This document shows positions 1-10,013 of a stretch of 64,000 nucleotides of DNA, in pieces. The notes under the pieces were generated by a model. That model worked only from the letters and a program-made list of their open reading frames with translations, made no database searches and was not told the DNA's origin. A program made the position numbers and the translations under genes. Source of the DNA: an uncultured Gemmatimonadales bacterium (GTDB lineage Bacteria; Gemmatimonadota; Gemmatimonadetes; Gemmatimonadales; Gemmatimonadaceae); NCBI GenBank assembly GCA_963850905.1, contig CAWKMU010000003.1, forward strand, positions 1,856,001-1,920,000, written 5' to 3'. Within the stretch, counting starts at the first letter, position 1. Each line of letters starts with the position of its first letter.

Positions 1-1013
1 TTGATGAGGCCGAGGAGATGGCGGGCGGCGCGCACGATGCGTGCGACATCGGCCTTTTGCTCGTCGGACATCGGACCACGGACCCCGTCCTCGAGCAGCG
101 ACGCGTACCCCACCACGGCATTGAGGGGTGTGCGGAGCTCGTGGCTCATTGTCGCCAGAAAGTCGCCCTTGGCGCGGTTGGCCATTTCGGCCGCCTGTCG
201 TGCGCGCTCACCCTCATCGGCCGTCCTGGCCAGCTCCGCCGCGGTCACTTGCAACCGAGCCGTTGCACGTTCGAGGTCGCGGTTGGCTGCAGCCAGCTGC
301 GCAGCCTGGAGGCGCAGCAGCGCGTTGTGTTGCTCGAGCTCCGCGGTCTGAGTGGTCAGCAGCGCGGCGGATCGATCGCGGTCTCGCAGGTATCCCGTGA
401 GCAGCGCGTTCACGAAGAGCGCCACGGCCACCGCGAGTGTCGTTCCCGTGACGACCGCGAAGTTGAGGGTCGCTCGGCGTTGTGCGATCGTCCGAGACGT
501 CAGCGCGATGACCTGGTCCTCGTCGGCACGAACGGCGGCGATGACGTTGCGCACGGAATCCATGGTGGTGCGGCCTCGCTCGAGCGCGGCCACGCGCGCC
601 AAGGCGTCACGACGAGCCACGCGGCCGTCCGCGACCACCTGCTGCAGGTCGGTGAGGCGCGCGGCAACGAGCGGCGGCAGCTCGCCGATCAATGCACGCT
701 GCGCATCGGCGGTGCGCGTCAACGTGCGCAATGAGTCCAGGTCGTGTTGGATCGCGGCATCGTCGACACTCGGGGAAGAGCCGCCGGGCTCGCCTGTCAG
801 GAGATAGACGCGTTGGGCACTCTCCATGTCGGTCAGTCGCTGCAGGATATCGGCAAGCCGACTGTTGACGGCGTTGGCCTTCGCGACGGCGTCGGTGGCT
901 GACCGAGACGCGACGCGAAGCCATTGCGTCGTTGCGCCGCTCAACGCGACGAGTACGGCGGGGAGGCCGACCGCCGCCACTCGCCGCCACCCACCGATCG
1001 GTCCGTATCGCAA
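1..1013 (-). CDS. CHASE3-domain sensor histidine kinase, N-terminal part; runs off the left edge of the window
   Basis: Not in the ORF track because it has no stop in the window. Manual minus-strand translation gives TM, CHASE3-like LTDMESAQRVYLLTG, TM, then HisKA box AKGDFLATMSHELRTPLNAVVGYASLL. First in-frame start is TTG at 1013; the ATG at 1057 would be in frame if one G is missing from a G run. Confidence 0.9.
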   Translation of the reverse strand, partial: MRYGPIGGWRRVAAVGLPAVLVALSGATTQWLRVASRSATDAVAKANAVNSRLADILQRLTDMESAQRVYLLTGEPGGSSPSVDDAAIQHDLDSLRTLTRTADAQRALIGELPPLVAARLTDLQQVVADGRVARRDALARVAALERGRTTMDSVRNVIAAVRADEDQVIALTSRTIAQRRATLNFAVVTGTTLAVAVALFVNALLTGYLRDRDRSAALLTTQTAELEQHNALLRLQAAQLAAANRDLERATARLQVTAAELARTADEGERARQAAEMANRAKGDFLATMSHELRTPLNAVVGYASLLEDGVRGPMSDEQKADVARIVRAARHLLGLI

Positions 1014-1093
1014 TGCGCGCTCTACTTTGGAGAACCAACGCCGTCGGGCTGGCCCATGGTGTGCGTTGGGAGGTACGAGGAGACAACCCCTCT

Positions 1094-2182
1094 ATGAACG
1101 AAGTACGTGATTTCGGCCTTTCGCGTTGGAAGCGCCGCGCCATTGGCCATCACGCGTCGGTGACGGGGAACGGGCTCGTCGTCCTGCTCGTCCTGGCGGC
1201 GGCGTCGCCGTGGCGTGCGGCAGAGCGGCACGCAGGCCCGGCCTCTTGGGTGACGCGTCACGCTGGACAGCAGCCGGTGCAGCGGCAGTGGATCGAGATG
1301 CGGAACGTCGATCTGGGGGTCAGCGACAGCGTGACCGTGCGAGTGCAGTCGCTTCGGGGCGAGGTGCTCCGAACCGAGGCGATGCGGCCGGCGACGCTCG
1401 ATGATCCACGGTCATTTCGCATCCGAGTCACGGCGGGCCGCGTCGCGATGACGGGCGCCGATCTCGCCGGCGTGCTCAACTCGGTCGTCTTCGCGTACCC
1501 CGGCGCACCGCTGCGGGACCTGCAGGTCAGGACGGACGGTCAGCAGATCATCCAGACTGGCGTCCTCCACAAGGGGGTCGACCTGCGCTTCCGGTTGCGC
1601 GGCGTGCTTTCTCTAATGCCTGACGGGCGTGTGCGCATCCATCCGACGTCCGTTCGCGTGCTCGGCTTCAACGGCGAACGGGTGCTCGCCATGGTCGGCC
1701 TGCACCTCGACAATCTCCTGGATCTCCGGGGCGCTCACGGTGCGTCGGTCAAAGGGGACGATCTCTTCCTCGACCCGCTCGCGATCCTCCCGCCGCCCGC
1801 GATCACCGGGCGCCTGGCGACGATCGGGATCGAGGGCGATCGGGTTGCGGAGACGTTCGTCCAGGAACCCGACGACTCCGCGTTTCCGCGTTCCTCGCGC
1901 GCTGACAGCGCTGGGCCGGGCTTCGTGTACTTCCGCGGTGGCCAGTTGCGGTTCGGCAAGCTGCTCATGAACGACGCCGACCTTCGGATCATGGACGACG
2001 ACCGTGGCGCGTCGTTCGCCCTCAGCCTCCCGCATTACAGCGACCAGCTCGTGGCCGGCACTTCGCGTCTGCTGCGGAATCAGGGGCTCGTCGTCTCGAT
2101 GCCCGACTACGATCGACTCCAGGCGATGAAGAACGGACGATCCGGAGTCTCGGCTCCGACACCCAGCCGGCAAGACAAGTAG
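1094..2182 (+). CDS. Hypothetical exported beta-strand-rich protein (possibly AsmA-like)
   Basis: Long ORF 932..2182 with a hydrophobic N-terminal segment (GLVVLLVLAAAS) and amphipathic beta-strand patterns. Start uncertain; ATG 1094 chosen. Confidence 0.7.
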   Translation: MNEVRDFGLSRWKRRAIGHHASVTGNGLVVLLVLAAASPWRAAERHAGPASWVTRHAGQQPVQRQWIEMRNVDLGVSDSVTVRVQSLRGEVLRTEAMRPATLDDPRSFRIRVTAGRVAMTGADLAGVLNSVVFAYPGAPLRDLQVRTDGQQIIQTGVLHKGVDLRFRLRGVLSLMPDGRVRIHPTSVRVLGFNGERVLAMVGLHLDNLLDLRGAHGASVKGDDLFLDPLAILPPPAITGRLATIGIEGDRVAETFVQEPDDSAFPRSSRADSAGPGFVYFRGGQLRFGKLLMNDADLRIMDDDRGASFALSLPHYSDQLVAGTSRLLRNQGLVVSMPDYDRLQAMKNGRSGVSAPTPSRQDK

Positions 2183-2333
2183 TCGACCGACCGGGGTGCA
2201 GCGGGAAGTCCTCGTTTCCCGCGACACCCACCCGGGGCCGCGGTTGAGGCTGCTCCCGAAATCCGGGACCCGGGACCAGTGATGCGTCGGCGTGCCGCCG
2301 CGCCAATCCTGTGTTAGGGCCTGGCCACCGCTG

Positions 2334-2361
2334 TTGACATCCCGGCCCGCGGCGGTATGAT
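2334..2361 (+). promoter_or_regulatory. Sigma70-type promoter upstream of susC
   Basis: TTGACA (2334-2339), 16 nt spacer, TATGAT (2356-2361). A second TTGACA at 2371 is followed by a hairpin CGACGGGCAC/GTGCCCGTCG (2382-2410). RBS GGGAGG precedes ATG 2469. Confidence 0.7.
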
Positions 2362-2468
2362 GGCCGATGTTTGACAGGCCACGACGGGCACGACATTCTA
2401 GTGCCCGTCGGTGCTGGTGTGTTGGTTGAGATCTCCTCCGCAAGCAGGCCCTGACCGGGAGGTGCGTA

Positions 2469-5463
2469 ATGCAGCGTGCTTTGTGGGTCCATTGGACGGC
2501 CACGCGGGTGGCGACGGCGCTATGCGCCGTAGTACTTCTCGGGAGCTGGACGACTCGAGCTCAGTCGCAGACGCGAGTGTCGGGTCACATCGTGGATGCG
2601 GGTGATCACAGTCCCATCCCGACTGCGCAGGTGATCGTCACGGGCACGACGATCGGCGGGGTGACGAACGACAGCGGCAGGTTTACGCTCACCCTGCCAG
2701 CTGACGCCAAGATCGCTGACGGTTCGTCGTATCGGCTTCCTGGGGAGGGTGGTCCCCGTCTCGGCCGGGCAGACGGACTATACGATCCAAATGGATCACG
2801 ACGTGCTTCGCCTCGAGGCGGAGGTGGTGACGGGCGTGGCCACGTCAGTCTCGACGAAGAGCTCTGCCAATGACGTCGCGGTCGTGTACGGCGGCGGCGG
2901 TCAACGAAGTCCCAGCGCCCGACGATCGAGAACGCGATTCAGGGCCAGGTGCCCGGTGCCCTGATCTCGCAGAACAACGGCGGTGCCCCGGGTGGCGGAA
3001 TGCAGGTCCAGATCCGCGGCATCACGTCGATCAACGCCAACGCGTCGCCGCTCTACGTCCTTGATGGCGTGGTCGTCGACAACGACATCCAGCAGCCGGG
3101 CAACAACGCCATCACGTTCGCGACTGCCTCAGGCGTGGCCCAGAGCACCCAGGACCTCGGCATGAACCGAATCGCCGACATCAACCCGGACGACATCGAG
3201 AGCATCGAAGTCTTGAAGGGCGCGTCGGCGTCGGCCATTTACGGGTCCCAGGCATCTGCGGGCGTCGTGATCATCACGACCAAGAAGGGGAAGGCGGGAA
3301 AGCCGCAGTGGGCGCTCTCACAGAAGGTGGGGCACTTCCAAGACTCCCGAACGATGGACGTCGAAGACGTTCCCGACGCTTGGCGAGCGCGGAGGCGTGG
3401 TACAACAGCTACTGGCAATCCAACGACGACCGCCGCCGGTGATTGCGGCCAACAACGCGTTGGTCGCTGGTCAGTATGCGGGACCGCAGGACTATCAGAC
3501 GACGGTCTTCGGCAGCGGGCAGGCATCATACGAGACGGACCTGAGCGTCAGCGGAACCCAGGGTCCGACGCAGTACTTCCTCTCGGGTCTCTCGAAGTAC
3601 GACAACGGCACGCTGCTCAACACCGGATACAACAAGCAAACTGTCCGGAGCAACGTTACGCAAACGTTCTCCAATAACCTGACAGCGAGCGCAAACCTGT
3701 TCTATGCCCACTCGGTGAACCGGCGCGGTATCTCGGGCAACGACAACAACGGCATCAGCCCGTACGACGTGTTCTCGTACACGCCGCAGTTCGTCAATCT
3801 CAACCATCAGAACGCCGATGGCAGCTGGGCGGCGAATCCGTTCGGACCGGCCAATCCGTACGCGGATGCCTGGGACATTGGCACGCCCGAGACGACGCAG
3901 CGGTTCATCGGCGGTGGCAACATCACATGGACGCCGTACAGCACGGAGCACCAGTCCTTCCAGATCAACCTGATCGGCGGGGTCGATGAGGCGCACGTGC
4001 TCGACCAGTTGTATGCGCCCGCGTCCCTGCAAATGGAGGCTAACCAGGCCCTCCCAGGGGTCGCCACGACGCAGACGACGGACAACCAGTACATCACGTA
4101 TTCCATCAACCTCATTCACCACTACACCGGGTTGTCCTGGCTGGACGCGACGACGTCTGCCGGCTACTTCCGCGAGCGGCGCGATCTGGTCAACCCGAAC
4201 ACCGTGGCGCAGAACCTACTGAACGGCATCAACAACCCCTCCTTCGGTACGGTGGTGACGAACTTCTACAACCAGACGGCCGAGCGGGACCAGTCGTTCT
4301 ATGCGCAAGAGCAGGTGCTCACACTCGAATCAGCGGTTGTCATTGACCGCAGGCGTCACGGCCGAGCGCACGACCAACGACGGCGCAATCGACAAACTCT
4401 ACACATACCCCAAGTACTCGGCATCGTACCGCATTCCCCAGTTCGTCGGCTTCATCGACGAGATCAAGGTGCGCGCCGCCCTCGGCGCCTCGGGCACCGA
4501 GCCGCTGTACGGCATCCGATACAGCCCGCTGAACAACACGATCGGCGGCGGCCTGCCGGGCACGACGATCGACACGATCGTGGGCGATCCCAACATCAAG
4601 CCGGAGTCGGAAGTCGAGATGGAGACCGGTGTCGACGCTGACCTTCCTCCGGTCTCGCGCGCAGCTGTCGTTCACGGTCTACCAGAAGCGGGTCTCGAAT
4701 CTGCTGCTCGAGGCTGCGCTCAGCGCCTCGCGCGGCTTCGACACGCAGTGGCTGAATGGCGGCGAGTTCACGAACCAGGGTGCGGAGATCCAGTTGTCGG
4801 CGACGCCAGTCCAGCTCCGGAATGGCTTCACTTGGCTCACGACGACGAGCTTCTACCGCAACTACAGCGTCATGAACAGCCTTCCCTCGACCGTCGCCCC
4901 CTTCAACGGCATCTATCCGGGACGGTCCGTCTCCGAGGACGTGAACGCGAACTTCATCGCGCCGAACGGCTATCCGGTCCAGGATGGCGATCGAGCAGCC
5001 GTCCTTTGTCGTGAGCGGCACCGAAGACCTGACCTTCAAGAACTTTCACTTGTCAGCGACCCTCGACTGGTATCGCGGCGGCAACGTCGGCGACGCTACG
5101 GAGAGCTATTTCGCGTTCGGCCCCAACCTGTGGGGGAACGAGGCTCAAATCACTCAGTACGTCAGCCAGATCATTGCGGGCCTGGACCCGGGTCTTCAGT
5201 CGGCGACGTTCGTCAAGATGCGAGCGGCGTCGGTGAGCTACACCCTGCCTGCGCGATGGGTCAACACGATCGGGTTCGGCCGACTTGCGAGTGCCCGTCT
5301 CAGCCTACTGGGCCGGAATCTGTTCCAGGTGTACGGCAAGGGCTACATGGGTCTCGATCCGGAGGTCAGCTCGTTAGGCAGTCAAAACATCGGGCGCGGA
5401 GTGGAGATCACGCCGTACCCGCCAGCACGCAGTTTTTTCCTGTCCCTCGACCTGGGCCTCTAA
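2469..5463 (+). CDS. susC: SusC/RagA-family TonB-dependent outer membrane receptor, split by about 10 single-base indels
   Basis: Consecutive ORF pieces carry a signal peptide, a CarboxypepD_reg-like domain, the plug motif PLYVLDGV...DINPDDIESIEVLKGASASAIYGSQASAGVVIITTKKG, barrel segments (NIKPE..E.E.G) and the C-terminal YPPARSFFLSLDLGL. Confidence 0.92.
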
Positions 5464-5464
5464 T

Positions 5465-7023
5465 ATGAGCGAGACACTTTTCCGCACGGGTGCCCGTGTG
5501 TTCCGCTCCGGCCGCAGCGGTCGGGCCGCGTTGCTGGGTGCCGCGTGTCTGTTCGCGGCCGCGGCGTGCACGGACACGGCAGTCCCGTATTTCGACTCCC
5601 CGTCGGCGCTTCCGAACACCGCTGGCGGCATCCAGAACGCGGTAACCGGGCTCTTCTCCGGCACGCGCATCGACGTCGAGTGGTATGTCTATTACGCGGG
5701 CTCTTATGCGCGCGACATCTTCTGGTACTTGGGCGCGAGTGGGAACGTGGTGTACGACGTTGCCGGGCTCAAGTCGTTTGCGGACATTGGGAACAGCATC
5801 GCTTCCGCCGAGGCTTGGGACAACGAGTACGCGCAGATCAAGTCCGCCAACCAGATCATCTACCAGCAACTCCCTCAGGTCACGACCTACAGCGCACCGC
5901 AGCGTGAAGCGATCTGGGGCGTCGTCCAAACAGTCAAGGCGATCGACTTTCTCATCGTAGCCGAGACACGCGACTCGCTCGGGATCCCGCTGTACTCAAT
6001 GGACGGGAACCCGACCGATCCGCCATACTGCAACCAGGATGTCTGGAAGTACATCGTGGCGTTGCTCGATTCGGCGAACGACAGTCTCAACGTGGCCGGG
6101 TCGGTCTCGCTTCCCGTGCAGGTCCCGCCGGGGTTTGCATCTGTCGGTGCCACCGCCGGGCCGAGCAACGTGCCAGGGGCTTTCGCGGCATTCAATCGGG
6201 CGTTGGCAGGGAAGGCAAATCTCGAGCTGGCCTACGCCATCGCGCGCAGTACCCCCGGGGGGCATCCCACGCCGACGAGTGCCGGAAGCCCGAACGCGGC
6301 AGCGCTGACCACAGCAGCCGCTGACCTGAACTCGTCCGCGTTGTATGACCCGGCCGCAATCGCGCCGCCGAACGCCGGGCCGTTCAACCTCGATCCCCAC
6401 GGCGTGTACCACACCTTCAGCGGGCAGACGGGCGACCAGGCCAACCCCTTGGTCGGCCCTCTGTATGATGCCCTGTGGGATCTGCAGTACGATGTCGACA
6501 CGCTGCACGACTTACGATGGCTGAACAAGTTCTATCCGGACCCGCAACCCGTCCAGACCTCCTATGCTGGCACGTCGGATGGAATGAATTTCCTGCCGTA
6601 CAGGACCGTTACCGGTCCCATCCCGATCGTGCGCGCCGAGGAGCTCGCGTTGGTGATGGCGCAGGTTCAGCTTGGGTTAGGGAATAATGCGGCAGCAGTC
6701 ACTCTCATCAATCAAGTCCACCAGCAGGCCGGCGGATTCTCGACCCCGCTCACCATCGATGCCTCCTCATACACCGCGGTGCGCGACAGCCTACTCAAGG
6801 AGCAACGCATCTCGACCGTGTACGAGTCGAGCGGCGACCGGATGATCGCGCTTCGGATGTACGGGCTCGAGGCCGTCGCCGACACAACCTGGCAGGCCAA
6901 GTCCGGCCCGGATGCGGGGGAGGCCAAGCGAATGGCGGTGTCGACTATCACCAGACGATCTCGCCCGTCCCCTTCCAGGAAATCACGGCACGCGGTGGAT
7001 CGTGGAACACGACATGTCCGTAA
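5465..7023 (+). CDS. susD: SusD/RagB-family lipoprotein; frameshift near 6920-6930, probable true stop TAA 7021-7023
   Basis: Lipobox FAAAAC, motifs PIVRAEELAL and LLKEQRIS, directly after susC. The shifted frame gives the plausible end NGGVDYHQTISPVPFQEITARGGSWNTTCP*. Confidence 0.85.
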
Positions 7024-7029
7024 GGGCAA

Positions 7030-7176
7030 GACGCTGGATGCTAGACGCTGGACGCTAGACGCTGGACGCTAGACGCTGGACGCTGGACGCTGGAGACCTG
7101 AACGAGGGCCTGTCGCAGTGCACCGCGACAGGCCCTTCGTGTTAGTTCTAGCGTCTAACGTCTAGCGTCTAGCATC
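7030..7176. repeat. Heptamer array / hairpin / inverted heptamer array (GACGCTR family)
   Basis: Nine GAYGCTR units at 7030-7092, an 11-bp stem GGGCCTGTCGC/GCGACAGGCCC (7106-7135) with loop AGTGCACC, and four inverted units at 7149-7176. Lies between convergent susD and cupin genes. Confidence 0.9.
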
Positions 7177-7183
7177 CCAACAT

Positions 7184-7551
7184 CTACCCCATTACCAGTC
7201 TGTCCAATTTCTCGACCGTCCTTTCGTTCACCACATTGCCCGTGTTCAGTGTCGTGCGCGGCTCGAAGAGCATGACCTGACAGTCGTTCTCGCCGACGGG
7301 TTGGTGCTCGACGCCGCGCGGGACGATCAGGAACTCCCCGGGCGTGACCTGCACTTCGCGATCGCGGAAGCGCATGCGGAGGGTGCCGTTCACCACGAGA
7401 AAGAGCTCGTCCTCGTGGTCATGATGGTGCCAATGAACTCACCCTCGAGCCTGGCAAGCTTGACCTGCATGTCGTTGACTTCGCCGGCTACACGTGGCTG
7501 CCACGGCTCGTGGAAGGTGCTAAAGGCATCCCTGAGATTGACTTTGTCCAT
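7184..7551 (-). CDS. Cupin-domain protein; frameshift near 7432
   Basis: MDKVNLRDAFSTFHEPWQPRVAGEVNDMQVKLARLEGEFI joins WHHHDHEDELFLVVNG...GEFLIVPRGVEHQP if one T is restored (ATT TGG read as ATTGG). Confidence 0.88.
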
Positions 7552-7596
7552 GGTTCCGGGGGTTCGAGGTTCCAGACTACGGCTTCAGGAGGTGAC

Positions 7597-8928
7597 TCAC
7601 TTGGCGCTCGTCAACGCCGACGTTTGTTCGACAGTCGGTTGCTCGAGCGTACCAATAATGGCGCGCCAGACCGCGACGCTGTTCCACGTGCACACCACGA
7701 AGAGCGCTGCGAGCAGCCCGCGCCGAGCCCAATGATAGGGGGCCCGGCCAGCGACGAGCCCGGCAAGCATCACGACGAGGGCAATGCCCCAGTGCTGCGA
7801 GTACAGGAACATCTCGGTTCCGTAGAACGTATGCAGCACCCAGTTGAACGCGACCACGAGCGCCGCCGCAATGACGAGGCTGCGCTGTGCAGGAGCGAGG
7901 AATGCGGAGCTCCAGAGCGCGGCGGCGAGGACCAGCAACACGAGCACGCTGCGCCAGGACTCGCCCGGGGGTGAGTGTCCGCGAGCGTGGTAGGTGAGGG
8001 TGAATCGCATCGGCTGACGCAGCCGTGGGTCCCCGGGCGCCTTGAGCGGCGGCGGCGGCATGAACGTGTTGGCCAGCGCGGTCGGGAACTCCACGAGTGC
8101 GCTGCCGATCGCGAACGGATGCAACTCCTCGATTTGACCGGTGGCTGCCGGCGAGAATGCCGGGGCGGCCGAGGATAGTCGCGCCCCGAGCGCATAGAAC
8201 GCTATCGTGCTGAGCAGCGCCGCCGAGGTCACGCCAACCGTCCAGATGACAGCCCGTCGAAGTCCGACCTGCCGAAGGCGCACCGCACACGCGACCAGCG
8301 CAAAGGACACGAGGTTGCTGATGGTCACGCTGGCCATGAGCGTTCCGACCGCGGTCCAACGACCCGTGGCGACGTCGCCCGGGCCCCCACGGAGCGTTCG
8401 CGCGGCGGTTCGGAAGAGAATCGCAAATGCCATCGCGGTCAGACAATAGGACTCCGGAATCGAGCTGAACACCAGGCCCGAGAAGCTGACGAGATACAGC
8501 AGCACCAAGAGAACGGCCCCTGCGAGATCAAGCCCGAGTTCCACGAATGCGAGCAGCAGGGTCGCGGCTGTGACGGCCGACGCGAGCGGGCAAATGCCGT
8601 ATGCAATGTGGCGCGCGGTCCTTTCCGCCGCGACGGTAGGCCGCACGGCATGCGCGGCCGCCGCGAGGGTGATCACGACCGGATACAGCCCGTTGCTGAT
8701 GTTTGGGTGCACAAAACTGCGGCCGCCCCACCGATACGTGTTCCGACCGGTGGAAAAGGCGGTCACGTAGACCGTGGGATCTGCACTGAAGAGCACATCC
8801 CACTCGTGCAGCACCCCGGTCTGCTCGAGTCCACGACCAACCGCGAGATGCAATGCAAGGGCGCCTGCGCCCAGAAGGGCCGCAGCCCATGACCGCGCCC
8901 GTCGAGAGGCAAGGCCGGTGTCGTCCAT
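7597..8928 (-). CDS. Hypothetical polytopic membrane protein (GT-C-like topology possible)
   Basis: ORF 7597..8961 with about 10 hydrophobic segments. Start uncertain (ATG 8928 or 8961). Confidence 0.75.
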   Translation of the reverse strand: MDDTGLASRRARSWAAALLGAGALALHLAVGRGLEQTGVLHEWDVLFSADPTVYVTAFSTGRNTYRWGGRSFVHPNISNGLYPVVITLAAAAHAVRPTVAAERTARHIAYGICPLASAVTAATLLLAFVELGLDLAGAVLLVLLYLVSFSGLVFSSIPESYCLTAMAFAILFRTAARTLRGGPGDVATGRWTAVGTLMASVTISNLVSFALVACAVRLRQVGLRRAVIWTVGVTSAALLSTIAFYALGARLSSAAPAFSPAATGQIEELHPFAIGSALVEFPTALANTFMPPPPLKAPGDPRLRQPMRFTLTYHARGHSPPGESWRSVLVLLVLAAALWSSAFLAPAQRSLVIAAALVVAFNWVLHTFYGTEMFLYSQHWGIALVVMLAGLVAGRAPYHWARRGLLAALFVVCTWNSVAVWRAIIGTLEQPTVEQTSALTSAK

Positions 8929-8999
8929 ACACGCGGTCGGCCGCGGCGAATCGCGCGCCACGAGCGCGTGTGGATCACGGAATAGTGCTGTGGGGGCTA

Positions 9000-9057
9000 G
9001 ACGCTAGTCGCTGGACGCTGGACGAGAACCTCGAAGCCAGCTGGCCGCGCTCGAGCT
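9000..9057. repeat. Partial GACGCTR heptamer element
   Basis: GACGCTA GTCGCTG GACGCTG GACG followed by AACCTCGA, the same junction seen in the 12993-13097 element. Confidence 0.7.
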
Positions 9058-9061
9058 CCCT

Positions 9062-9763
9062 TCAGACGGTCCGCACCATCCCGCCATCAACGAGGACGTT
9101 CTGTCCTGTGATGTACGACGCGTCGTCGGACAGCAGGAACGCCGCGGTCCGGCCGATCTCCTCGGTCTCGCCGTAGCGGCGCAGCGGGATGGCCTCAACC
9201 GACGGTGCGGCCTGCGGGCGAGTGGCGATGAAGCCGGGGAGAATGGAGTTGACCCGGACTCCGAGGGGCGCCGCGTACTCCGCGTAGACCCGGGTCCAGG
9301 CCGACAGGGCTGCCCGAAAAACGGATGACACGGGCCGGCCACTCTCTGGAGAGGCGGCAGCATAGCTCGAGATGTTGACGACGGATCCGCCCCCCTGCTG
9401 GTGCATGATCGGCGTCACCAGTCGCGCCATCCGGATGACGCTGGCCAGGATGAGCTGGTACCCGGCGTCCCAGTCTGCGTCGCTCAGCGCCAGTGGGTCT
9501 CCCTTTGGTGGATGTCCCGTGTTGTTCACGACGCCGTCGATCCGACCGTACTGCTCCATCGTATGCGTGACGAGCCGCTCAATGTCGCGCGCTTCCTGCA
9601 CCGATCCGCGGATGGCCGTACCGCCCAAGTCCGCCGCGAGCGCGAGTACCGTGTCACCGCGCGCCATGAGAGCGACGCGATACCCACGTGCAGCCAGCAC
9701 GCGGGCCACGCCCCCACCGATACCCTGACTCGCCGCCGTCACAATCGCGACCCTGGCAGTCAT
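9062..9763 (-). CDS. SDR family oxidoreductase
   Basis: VTAASQGIG nucleotide-binding motif, VNNTG, VNISS, RVNSILPG, SYITGQNVLVDGG. Confidence 0.92.
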   Translation of the reverse strand: MTARVAIVTAASQGIGGGVARVLAARGYRVALMARGDTVLALAADLGGTAIRGSVQEARDIERLVTHTMEQYGRIDGVVNNTGHPPKGDPLALSDADWDAGYQLILASVIRMARLVTPIMHQQGGGSVVNISSYAAASPESGRPVSSVFRAALSAWTRVYAEYAAPLGVRVNSILPGFIATRPQAAPSVEAIPLRRYGETEEIGRTAAFLLSDDASYITGQNVLVDGGMVRTV

Positions 9764-10013
9764 GCGTCAGCCGCCCCGTCGGCGAGGTGAGACACGCGAC
9801 GGATCAGCGCACCGTGTAGCCGTCGGTCGTTCATCGTTGATCACAACCTCCGCCCAGGACTGCGGCGCATCGGGAACACTTCCACGAAACCGACCCCTGC
9901 GGTGCATAATACTGTCCAATGAATCCGAGCGTAGGCGAGCGCCGTGTCGCCACCCCGGCCACCCCCGCCACCCCAACCGCCGCCAGCTCCGTCACCCTTT
10001 ATCCTCGACCCTT

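Noticed and set aside
1..807. Plus-strand ORFs 1..351, 18..734 and 352..807
   Set aside because: Antisense shadows of the minus-strand histidine kinase; LRGVRSSWLIVARK is the reverse read of the FLATMSHELRTPL box.
2469..5463. Programmed frameshifting or phase variation in susC
   Set aside because: The indels are numerous, mostly outside long homopolymers or slippery sites, and extend into neighbouring genes; sequencing error is more parsimonious.
7030..7176. Possible CRISPR array
   Set aside because: Units are contiguous 7-mers with no unique spacers, and there are no cas genes in the window.
9948..9985. (GCCACCCC)x3 C-rich run upstream of dmpA as a G-quadruplex or repeat element
   Set aside because: Only three clear G-tracts on the minus strand, single occurrence, and plausible by chance at this GC content.
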